A stretch of DNA of 42,475 bases, taken from positions 1-42,475 of the forward strand of contig OMRK01000196.1 in the NCBI GenBank assembly GCA_900313515.1. Direction: 5' to 3'. The position numbers and the translations under genes are program-made. The notes beneath the pieces were generated by a model, which was given only the letters and a program-made list of their open reading frames with translations, searched no databases and had not been told where the DNA came from. Below are positions 17,565 to 25,745 of this stretch, one piece after another; position 1 is the stretch's first letter, and each line of letters begins with the position of its first letter. The DNA is from an uncultured bacterium. Lineage in GTDB: Bacteria; Vulcanimicrobiota; Xenobia; Xenobiales; Xenobiaceae.

Positions 17565-17628
17565 AAATAGGTAAAATTCAAACATTGCCTAAAAATTCAC
17601 CGAACCCCCATCGCCGGAGACCAAAAGA

Positions 17629-20100
17629 ATGTCAGCAAAACTAAAACGTTACGTTATCGAATATATACTTGCGGCAATATTGTCCTGTTTAGCTGCTTCG
17701 CTTCTATTTACCCCCGCCTGGATAAATGGAAGCCTTATTTATGCTGGCGATCTGGGAGGGTCCGACCTTTTAGACATGAACCTACCCCTTCGCCACCTGG
17801 CTGCGAAGTCAGTAAAAGATGGTTCCCTGCCGTTGTGGCGTCCGGAGATAGGTTGTGGTTTCCCACTTTTGGCAGAAGGGCAAGCGGGAGTTTTTTACCC
17901 CCTGACCCTGCCACTGTTTTTAATCTTTTCCACCGTTTGGTCTTCAAATTTGAGCATAATCCTAACTTTGGCGGCGGCCGCCTGGGGGGGGTATATACTT
18001 GGGCGCGTCCATGGCCTGTCTAAACCCGCCAGTGCCTTTACGGGTTGCACTGTAGCCTTTAGCCCCATCCTAGTCTTCCGCTTAAAGCACATAAATATGA
18101 TACAGGTGGCGGCCTGGCTACCGCTTTCACTAGCGGCAATCAAAGTTATGGTGAGCTCTGCGATAGAACTAACCTCGACTCAAAACGGACCAGCAGGTGC
18201 CGATAAATCGGCTCACCTTACCTCTCCAAGCCAACATTCAACAGTTGTGTGCCCACCGACACTTCGCCTAAAGTTAAGTTCTCTAACACTCGCTCTATGT
18301 TGGCTTGTACAAATATTGGCAGGCCATCCCCACGCCGCCTATATATGCGGACTAGCCTGCCTAATTTACGCTACAGTTTTGCTGCTATCCCCGTTAATTA
18401 CGGGAAAAAGTCGAGTCAGACTACTCAAATATATCTGCTTAGTCTTATCAGGATGTGCCTTGATGAGCCTGCTTATGGGAGCCTGTCAGCTGCTACCAAC
18501 CTGGGAGTTGGTTGGGCAATCAGTTCGCAGTACCCCATGCAGTTGGCAGAACTTACAATCATTCCCCTTTGCTTTGCGTCATTTTAAACTCTTTCTAAAT
18601 CCCTTCTGTTACGAAAATCCAGCTACAGGAATGGGAGTAGCTCCCAACCAAGATGAAATAATTACAAATGGCATGTTTTGGGAATCAATGCCATACTTAG
18701 GCCTGCTCCCCCTTCTGCTATGGCCCTGTACCCTTGGGGCTTGGCGTCTTTCATCGGACGAGAATTCGACCAAACGCACTCTTATAGCGGAGCTGGCAAT
18801 CGTATCCCTAATATTTCTGTTACTGGCCCTAGGCACTTGGGGTAAAATTTACTGGGTATTGTGGAAGTTCTGCCCAGGATTCAACCTATTTCGCTTTCCA
18901 GCCAGATTTTTGATACCATTTGGCGTATCAGCCTCATTGCTGGCAGGTTTAGGTGCCGACAACCTTTTGGATACGTTTTTTAGCAATCGATCAAAAGTAG
19001 GAAAAGCTATAACAGGCTACCTGCTCACAGTCTTGGCTTTTGGCAATTTTTATTGGAGCACCAACAGCTATGTAGCCTACTTGCCCAGCGATATTTTCAT
19101 GGATTCGCCCACTACTAAACTAATTGAAGATAATTCTCGCGTTGCTTCTCCCAAATTAGGAAATTATTGGAATGTAATTGTGCGGCTGTCCGGAGGCTGG
19201 AAGAATGTTGGATACGTAGAGGATATGTTTCACACCCTTATGCCAGATTCCAACGTTTTTTGGGGAATCCGCCAGAGCGGCAAAAATAATGCACTGGGCG
19301 GTGCACTCTCACTCAAATACTATGCCGAGGTATTGCTGAAGCTTACTCAAAGCCAAAATTTTAAAACGCTAACACCTAATGGACCTCCTTCGATCGAGCT
19401 TACAGATGAAGCGATGTCTCTTTATCGAATGCACAATGTGAACTACCTGTTGAATTTTGGCTCTGCCGTAAACAAAGACCTAAAACCTTTACCCCTTATG
19501 GGCACCGCTTACCTAAAAAACCTGCGTACAGAGCTGCACGCTTATAAATTGAACATTCCCCGTCCACGGATTTATATGTTGCCTAAATTTAAAATAGCTG
19601 AACCGCAGGCTGAGATATCCTCTTTTCTTAAGACTTATTCTAAAGATATTGATAAAAGCGACACATGCATTTTCTATGATGATCAATATGAGCAGTCAAA
19701 TTTTGCCTCTGATTATGAAATTGGGCCCAAGCCCTCATCGGGTGATTCACAACCAGAACAGCTTAAAGTTGATGAATATTGCAAAATTATCTACAATACA
19801 CCCTTGATAATAGATGCAGAACTAAACACCGCAACCTTCAGAGCCTTGCTCTTTCCGGAAAATATATACCCGGCCTGGAAAGCTTATATAGACGGTAAAC
19901 CGTTGAAAATTTATAGAGCGAATTACGCTTTCATGGGATGTGTAATACCTCCGGGAAAACATTACGTGCGTTTCGAGTTTTACTCTAGATCCCTGTGGAC
20001 AGGGCTAAGCATAAGTTGCGTTGCCATGCTGGCCTTTTTAGTTTTGACAGTTTTCACAGTCTTACAAATGCGGCAAACATGTGCAACTTGCAAGGCTTGA
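17629..20100 (+). CDS. YfhO-like polytopic membrane protein (putative GT-C type glycosyltransferase), paralogue 1
   Basis: 823 aa with more than 10 TM segments. Shares GDLGGSDLLDMNLP, LPLWRPEIGCGFPLLAEGQAGVFYP, GHPHAAY, PGFNLFRFPARFLIPFG and the C-terminal YPAWKAYIDGKPLKIYRANYAFMGCVIPPGKHYVRFEF block, which I associate with the YfhO family. A GGAGA SD lies 9 nt upstream. Confidence 0.85.
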   Translation: MSAKLKRYVIEYILAAILSCLAASLLFTPAWINGSLIYAGDLGGSDLLDMNLPLRHLAAKSVKDGSLPLWRPEIGCGFPLLAEGQAGVFYPLTLPLFLIFSTVWSSNLSIILTLAAAAWGGYILGRVHGLSKPASAFTGCTVAFSPILVFRLKHINMIQVAAWLPLSLAAIKVMVSSAIELTSTQNGPAGADKSAHLTSPSQHSTVVCPPTLRLKLSSLTLALCWLVQILAGHPHAAYICGLACLIYATVLLLSPLITGKSRVRLLKYICLVLSGCALMSLLMGACQLLPTWELVGQSVRSTPCSWQNLQSFPFALRHFKLFLNPFCYENPATGMGVAPNQDEIITNGMFWESMPYLGLLPLLLWPCTLGAWRLSSDENSTKRTLIAELAIVSLIFLLLALGTWGKIYWVLWKFCPGFNLFRFPARFLIPFGVSASLLAGLGADNLLDTFFSNRSKVGKAITGYLLTVLAFGNFYWSTNSYVAYLPSDIFMDSPTTKLIEDNSRVASPKLGNYWNVIVRLSGGWKNVGYVEDMFHTLMPDSNVFWGIRQSGKNNALGGALSLKYYAEVLLKLTQSQNFKTLTPNGPPSIELTDEAMSLYRMHNVNYLLNFGSAVNKDLKPLPLMGTAYLKNLRTELHAYKLNIPRPRIYMLPKFKIAEPQAEISSFLKTYSKDIDKSDTCIFYDDQYEQSNFASDYEIGPKPSSGDSQPEQLKVDEYCKIIYNTPLIIDAELNTATFRALLFPENIYPAWKAYIDGKPLKIYRANYAFMGCVIPPGKHYVRFEFYSRSLWTGLSISCVAMLAFLVLTVFTVLQMRQTCATCKA
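17984..17991 (+). repeat. G8 homopolymer inside paralogue 1 (codons W119-G-G)
   Basis: cctGGGGGGGGtat, reading TGG GGG GGG TAT in frame. Confidence 0.95.
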
Positions 20101-20156
20101 TGGAGAGAACCTAGATTAACAGACTGCAGAAAAAATTACAGGTAAATGGTGATGAA

Positions 20157-22568
20157 ATGTGGCACAAACTAAAACCATACGTTGTTGAATACCTGATAGC
20201 CGCTGCTATATCTTGGCTGGCGGCTTCGCTGCTGTTTGCGCCCATCTGGTTAGGAGACAGCTTTGTCTATGCAGGTGATTTCAGCGGCTCCGATCTTTTG
20301 GATATGAATCTGCCCTTCCGCTATTTAGCTGTTCAATCTATAAAGGAAGGCAGCCTACCCTTATGGAGGCCGGAAATAGGCTGCGGTTTTCCACTCCTTG
20401 CTGAAGGACAGGCTGGCGTTTTCTATCCAACGACCCTGCCCTTATTTCTACTTTTTTCCGTTCCTTGGGCTTCCAATTTAAGCATAATCTCTGCCCTGGC
20501 CACAGCAGCCTGGGGGGGCTACGTGTTAGGTCGAGTACATGGTTTTTCCAAAGCGGCCAGTGCCTTTACAGGATGCACCGTAGCCTTCAGCCCAATTCTG
20601 GTATTTCGTCTAAAACATCTCAATATGCTCCAAGTGGCTGCGTGGCTACCTCTCTCTCTGGCTGCCATAAGAATCATCGTCAATTCTGCTGCCAACTTAG
20701 TTAGTGTAAAAAGCATCAAGTCGGATATAACCCCAGCCTCTATTCCCCTTATCAAACCGGCTTCTCAGTTAAGGCTGAGCCTTCTCACCCTCACAGTTTG
20801 CTGGCTCCTGCAAATTTTGGCCGGTCACCCGCATGTAACTTACATCTGCGGTCTATCTTGCCTAATTTATGCAGCCATTTTATTGATCAGACCACTACTA
20901 AATACAGGTCACCGCAGGCGTTTGCTGACCTATGTGTGTTTGAGCCTCATTTCATGCGCTCTACTAAGTTTGTTGCTGGGTACTTGCCAACTACTGCCTA
21001 CCTACGAGCTGACTCAGCTCTCCATCCGAAGTGCACCCAAAACCTGGCAGTCATTGAGCGATTATCCCTTCTCCAAACGCCATTTTTGGCTTTTTATCAA
21101 TCCGTTCCACTATGAAAATCCGGCTGGCATAAACTATCAGAAAGATTTCGAAGACCTGACTAACAATGGAGTATTTTGGGAAGCAATGCCCTACCTGGGA
21201 CTACTTCCTCTCCTTCTATGGCCCTATGCCCTTGTAAAAAGAGATAAGCTACCAGCTGAGGTTGGGCCACTTCCAGAACTGGTTGCAACATCATTAGTCT
21301 TTCTGCTTTTAGCCCTGGGTACCCAGGGAAAGCTCTACTGGTTACCATGGAAACTGTGTCCAGGCTTCAACTTGTTCCGTTTTCCAGCCCGATTCCTAAT
21401 ACCATTTGGAGTTATGGCCTCACTTTGGGCCGGCCTGGGAGCAGACGCTCTACTCAACGAGCTCTCTCTACGTTGGCCGAAAAAGGCCCGCTTATGGGCA
21501 GGTAGTCTGCTACCTTTTGTTGCCTTCGCCAACTTTTATTGGAGCACTAATGCCTACGCCACCTATCTGCCAAGTGATATATTTGCCAGGCCGACTGCGG
21601 CCGATATGGTAGCAGACAGTTCACGTCTGTCAACCTTTAATATGCAAAGTTGCTGGGCCTTTTTCGTAAGAGATTATGGCTGGCAGAACACTAGAAACCA
21701 ACTTGTAGACATGTTCCATTGCTTAATGTCCGATTCCAGCGCATTTTGGGGTATAGCCCAGGATACCAACCGCAGTGTCTTCGAAGGCGGTTTAGGCTTA
21801 AAGTACTATGTGGATTTGCAGTATGCCCTGAAACTATACGTCAGTCCCCTGGCTTCAAACAGCTCTTCTACTCCGGTGACAATTCTTTCCAACGAAGCGG
21901 TTACACTTTACAAAATGCAAAATGTCAGCCATATGCTCGATTTATATCAAGTAGCGCATAAAGATGGTACATCTTTCCCTATTGTGGGCGAAACCTATAT
22001 GGATAATCTGCGTTCAACGCTGCATTTGTACAAAATAGCCGATCCACAACCTAGAGCCTATCTAGTTCCTCATTTTGTAACAGCTCAGTTGCCATCCAAT
22101 CCTGTAGATTTTCTCAAAGCCCATTCTCAACATATTGACAGAGGAGACACCTGTGTTATCCATGATCTTACCGATACCCCCGCCTCCCACTCGGGGCAAG
22201 CTCCCACGGCACTATCCTCTCCTCCAGGCAACTCCATAGACAGCTTAGAAAAGGATGAATACTGCCATATTCTTCAAAACAAGTCTTTGAACTTGGATAT
22301 GGAAGTGAATGTCTCCAAAGTCCGAGTCCTGCTCTTTACGGAGAATCATTATCCCTCTTGGCAGGCCTATATAGACGGACAGCCTGTTGATATATATAGG
22401 ACGAACTACTCATTCATGAGCTGCATAGTGCCACCGGGGAAACACCAAATACACTTTGAATTTAAATCGAATTCAATTAAACTAGGATTATGCTTAACTG
22501 CTTTAGCGACATTTATTTTCTCGATCTTAACGTTCTTTTCTCTTCAGGCTGCCTTACACGGCCGCTAG
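20157..22568 (+). CDS. YfhO-like polytopic membrane protein, paralogue 2
   Basis: 803 aa and collinear with paralogue 1 throughout (N-terminal 175 aa roughly 75-80% identical by eye). C-terminal block: YPSWQAYIDGQPVDIYRTNYSFMSCIVPPGKHQIHFEF. A GGTGA SD lies upstream. Confidence 0.85.
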   Translation: MWHKLKPYVVEYLIAAAISWLAASLLFAPIWLGDSFVYAGDFSGSDLLDMNLPFRYLAVQSIKEGSLPLWRPEIGCGFPLLAEGQAGVFYPTTLPLFLLFSVPWASNLSIISALATAAWGGYVLGRVHGFSKAASAFTGCTVAFSPILVFRLKHLNMLQVAAWLPLSLAAIRIIVNSAANLVSVKSIKSDITPASIPLIKPASQLRLSLLTLTVCWLLQILAGHPHVTYICGLSCLIYAAILLIRPLLNTGHRRRLLTYVCLSLISCALLSLLLGTCQLLPTYELTQLSIRSAPKTWQSLSDYPFSKRHFWLFINPFHYENPAGINYQKDFEDLTNNGVFWEAMPYLGLLPLLLWPYALVKRDKLPAEVGPLPELVATSLVFLLLALGTQGKLYWLPWKLCPGFNLFRFPARFLIPFGVMASLWAGLGADALLNELSLRWPKKARLWAGSLLPFVAFANFYWSTNAYATYLPSDIFARPTAADMVADSSRLSTFNMQSCWAFFVRDYGWQNTRNQLVDMFHCLMSDSSAFWGIAQDTNRSVFEGGLGLKYYVDLQYALKLYVSPLASNSSSTPVTILSNEAVTLYKMQNVSHMLDLYQVAHKDGTSFPIVGETYMDNLRSTLHLYKIADPQPRAYLVPHFVTAQLPSNPVDFLKAHSQHIDRGDTCVIHDLTDTPASHSGQAPTALSSPPGNSIDSLEKDEYCHILQNKSLNLDMEVNVSKVRVLLFTENHYPSWQAYIDGQPVDIYRTNYSFMSCIVPPGKHQIHFEFKSNSIKLGLCLTALATFIFSILTFFSLQAALHGR
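20512..20518 (+). repeat. G7 homopolymer inside paralogue 2 at the homologous W-G-G codons
   Basis: cctGGGGGGGct, reading TGG GGG GGC. Confidence 0.95.
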
Positions 22569-22855
22569 AAGGATTTCACACTAGATTGAGACCTGTCGTT
22601 ACACAAATTCTCCAAGACATGTAAACGACAAAACCTCACCCCTGGGGGAGAAGGGCTATAAGTATCGAACGGCAGTTGCTCTGCGTTGTCGGTGAATTCA
22701 GCTTAGCTTTGCGCTAATCTCAGCCCAATGCTAGTAAAAGCAAAGAGCGAGCGGAGGCATGCTGCATTAAGTGTCACCTCCAACCCGTGTACCAGATTAA
22801 AGCAGTTATCTGAATATTGCATAATTATGAATACAATTCTGACGAGAATAATGAT

Positions 22856-25648
22856 ATGTGGTCAAAATTAAAGCCGTACTTAATCGAATACGTTGTAGCA
22901 GCTCTGGTGGCCTGGGTACTGGCTTCCTTGTTGTTCGCCCCTATTTGGCTCGGTGGTCGCTTCATATATGCGGGAGACATGACGGGCTCGGATCTTTTGG
23001 ATATGAATCTGCCCTTCCGTTATCTGGCCGCTCAATCTGTTAAAGAAGGATCGTGGCCGCTATGGCGACCGGAAATAGGCTGTGGCCTGCCCCTTTTAGC
23101 TGAAGGCCAAGCCGGCGTGTTTTATCCCACCACCATCCCTCTCTTCCTGTTCTTCTCTGTTCCTTGGGCCTCAAATTTAAGCATAATTTCCGCATTAGCT
23201 TTGGCTGCCTGGGGGGGATACGTGTTAGGGCGCGTGCATGGATTATCCCGTTATGCTAGTGCCTTGACTGGTTGCACTTTCGCCTTCAGTCCTATCGTTG
23301 TTTTTCGTTTGAAGCATCTAAATATGCTTCAGGTCATAAGCTGGATGCCCTTATCCATAGCTGCCGCCAAAATCATAGCTCAAGCGGCTTACGAACTGGC
23401 GCTAGAAAGCACTGGAACTGGCCCAAACGCTGCGGCTCACTTGGCTTCATGCCATTTTCGACCTATTTTTAAGTTAAAATTTGGCCTGTTGCTCTTGGTA
23501 GTCTGCTGGACCATGCAGATATTAGCTGGCCATCCGCATGTTGCTTATATTTCCATGCTAGCCTGCTTTATATACGACGTTCTCTTAGTTGTGCGTGAAA
23601 TAGGCCAAACCCACTTATGGCCTATGGCCCGGCGCCTTGGTGCTGTGATACTGGCAGGAATAGTCCTTAGTGTACTTTTAGGAGCAGTTCAGTTATATCC
23701 TACCTACGAATACTCCCAGCTAGCCTCAAGAGGTCAAGCTTATTCATGGAAAAGTCTCTCCTATTTCCCATTCCTGACCAAGCACTTTAGACTGCTTCTC
23801 AACCCTTTCTCCTTTGGCAATTCTGCCGATAAGACAAAGTTCGGGGCCCCACCAGCGAAGGTTTCAAAAGATGGAATTTTTTGGGAATCGATGCCCTATA
23901 TAGGACTAACTGCCCTGATTCTAATTGCTATGAGTCTGATAGGTCGTGACGATTTTGAAGACGAACTAGACGAGGAGGAGGATGAAGCAACCGCGGAGCT
24001 CTCGGCAGCCTCAAAAAGTCTTCCAGCCTGGCAGAGATGCAACGAAGCCCTGACAAGAAGTTCCGTTGAGCTGCTCTTCCTTGCTTTGGTGTTCTTCACT
24101 TGTCAATTTAGCGATCCCATGAGCCATTTAGACACCACCGGCCTTTGGTGGCAGATCTACCCACTACTAGCTCTGGGAATATTTATAGCCTATATCTTCT
24201 TTTTTACCCAAAACGATCCAGATTCAGATTCAAAAAGCGCTGAAAAATCCAATATAAATACGGCTGATGAAAAGAAAAGAACCTCTGGCCATGAAGTACA
24301 GGAGCTCACCGACTCAGATCCCATGCCAGATTTGACCAACAGCCGAGCTAGAGTACCTGGTGAAGTGTTCACGGCCGCTGCAATATTTCTCATCTTAGCC
24401 CTGGGAACAAGGGGGTTCTTTTACTGGTTCCTGTGGAAATTCGCCCCGGGATTCAATCTTTTCCGCTTTGCAGTTAGATTCCTCATCCCCTTCGGAGTTA
24501 TGGCCTCACTTTGGGCAGGTTACGGAGTAGATACGCTTCTAGCCCATGTGCCTTTTTATATTCCGGAAAAATGGAGCAAACACACCAGGAAGATCCAGAT
24601 CGGCACAGGCGTGCTTCTGTGTCTTCTCACCTTTGCCAATTTCTATTGGACCACAAACAACTACGTCTCCTACCCTTCTACGGAAGGCTTCAACACTCCC
24701 GAGGCAATGGCTGCACTGCAAGACTGCTCTCGGGTGGCCACTCCCACAATGCAAAATAATTGGGCAAAACTAATTCAAGCCAAGGGTTGGAGAAATGCAG
24801 AGCAACAGACAACTTCATTTATGCACGCATTAGCCCCAGATTCCGCCGCTTTCTGGGGAGTGAAGCAGGAAACAAACCGCACCGTTTTTGAGGGTGGTTC
24901 CTGCCTCAACAACTACTCCAAGTTACAGAAATACATTAAGAAATCACTCAAAATCGATAGAAAACGTCCTTTGAGATTAACCGATAAGCTTAAGCTCCTG
25001 TACAAGTTGGAGAATGTCAGCCATGTTGTATCTCTAGATAAAGTGGTAGACAGGCGAGGGAAAGAGTTTCCGCTGATAAGTAAGGTGGCTCTCAAGGGAA
25101 TCAAGAAGCCTCTCCGCATTTACAAAATAAATGAACCGCTCCCACGTGCTTACCTTGTGCCAAATTATACAGTAGATAAGCATCAGCAGGATGCTTCCAA
25201 CTTTTATAATCGACATAAGAGAGAGATACAAGATGGTAACACCTGCATTTTATGTAGCTCGAGCCTGCCCGCTTCTGCGTCTACATCTGGAGCTATAGGC
25301 GATTTGGCCTCTTCATCTCTAGAGCCAAGTGAAACCTGCCAAATAATCAAGAACGATTCACAAAGTTTAAAGTTGGAAGTTAACGTACAGAAAGAGCGAG
25401 TGTTGCTGTTTACAGAGAACTTCTACCCAGCCTGGCGAGCCACCCTAGATGGCCGTCCTTTGGAGATACATCAAGCTAATTACTGCTTTATGGGCTGCCT
25501 GATCCCTCCGGGAAAGCACACGGTGAGTTTTGATTTCATTTCCTCATCTTTCAGAGTAGGGTTGCTGATCAGTGCGCTGACCGGTCTGGTGGTGTTGGCT
25601 CTGGCTGGCCTCTCGTTTAAAAAGCTAGTCTCCCAACAGCAAGAATAG
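22856..25648 (+). CDS. YfhO-like polytopic membrane protein, paralogue 3 (with a ~150-aa copy-specific insert)
   Basis: The ORF is open from a TTG at 22817, but alignment with the paralogues (MWSKLKPYLIEY vs MWHKLKPYVVEY) favours the ATG at 22856. All family motifs are kept. The insert has an acidic stretch (DDFEDELDEEEDEAT), two extra hydrophobic helices and a Ser/Asp/Lys-rich loop. Confidence 0.85.
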   Translation: MWSKLKPYLIEYVVAALVAWVLASLLFAPIWLGGRFIYAGDMTGSDLLDMNLPFRYLAAQSVKEGSWPLWRPEIGCGLPLLAEGQAGVFYPTTIPLFLFFSVPWASNLSIISALALAAWGGYVLGRVHGLSRYASALTGCTFAFSPIVVFRLKHLNMLQVISWMPLSIAAAKIIAQAAYELALESTGTGPNAAAHLASCHFRPIFKLKFGLLLLVVCWTMQILAGHPHVAYISMLACFIYDVLLVVREIGQTHLWPMARRLGAVILAGIVLSVLLGAVQLYPTYEYSQLASRGQAYSWKSLSYFPFLTKHFRLLLNPFSFGNSADKTKFGAPPAKVSKDGIFWESMPYIGLTALILIAMSLIGRDDFEDELDEEEDEATAELSAASKSLPAWQRCNEALTRSSVELLFLALVFFTCQFSDPMSHLDTTGLWWQIYPLLALGIFIAYIFFFTQNDPDSDSKSAEKSNINTADEKKRTSGHEVQELTDSDPMPDLTNSRARVPGEVFTAAAIFLILALGTRGFFYWFLWKFAPGFNLFRFAVRFLIPFGVMASLWAGYGVDTLLAHVPFYIPEKWSKHTRKIQIGTGVLLCLLTFANFYWTTNNYVSYPSTEGFNTPEAMAALQDCSRVATPTMQNNWAKLIQAKGWRNAEQQTTSFMHALAPDSAAFWGVKQETNRTVFEGGSCLNNYSKLQKYIKKSLKIDRKRPLRLTDKLKLLYKLENVSHVVSLDKVVDRRGKEFPLISKVALKGIKKPLRIYKINEPLPRAYLVPNYTVDKHQQDASNFYNRHKREIQDGNTCILCSSSLPASASTSGAIGDLASSSLEPSETCQIIKNDSQSLKLEVNVQKERVLLFTENFYPAWRATLDGRPLEIHQANYCFMGCLIPPGKHTVSFDFISSSFRVGLLISALTGLVVLALAGLSFKKLVSQQQE
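23211..23217 (+). repeat. G7 homopolymer inside paralogue 3 at the homologous W-G-G codons
   Basis: cctGGGGGGGata, reading TGG GGG GGA. Confidence 0.95.
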
Positions 25649-25690
25649 GAAATGGCCATCTTTACTCTTTTACTTGAGCAAGAGATCACC

Positions 25691-25725
25691 CGGGGACGGC
25701 GAAAGCCGCCCCCTTACTTGATTTT
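25691..25725 (+). terminator. Probable intrinsic terminator between paralogues 3 and 4
   Basis: GGGGACGGC-GAAA-GCCGCCCCC: GC-rich stem with one A/C mismatch and a GNRA tetraloop, followed by TTACTTGATTTTC. Confidence 0.5.
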
Positions 25726-25745
25726 CATTCAAAAGTACGCAGTAT

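Noticed and set aside
22569-22855. The 287-nt spacer between paralogues 2 and 3 contains an imperfect hairpin (GTCGTTACA...TGTAAACGAC) and CTCACCCCTGGGGGAG. I considered a terminator, a promoter or an ncRNA.
   Set aside because: The stems are imperfect or sterically too tight, there is no T-run, and the candidate -35/-10 pairs are weak. The spacer probably holds a transcript boundary, but I cannot place it from the sequence.
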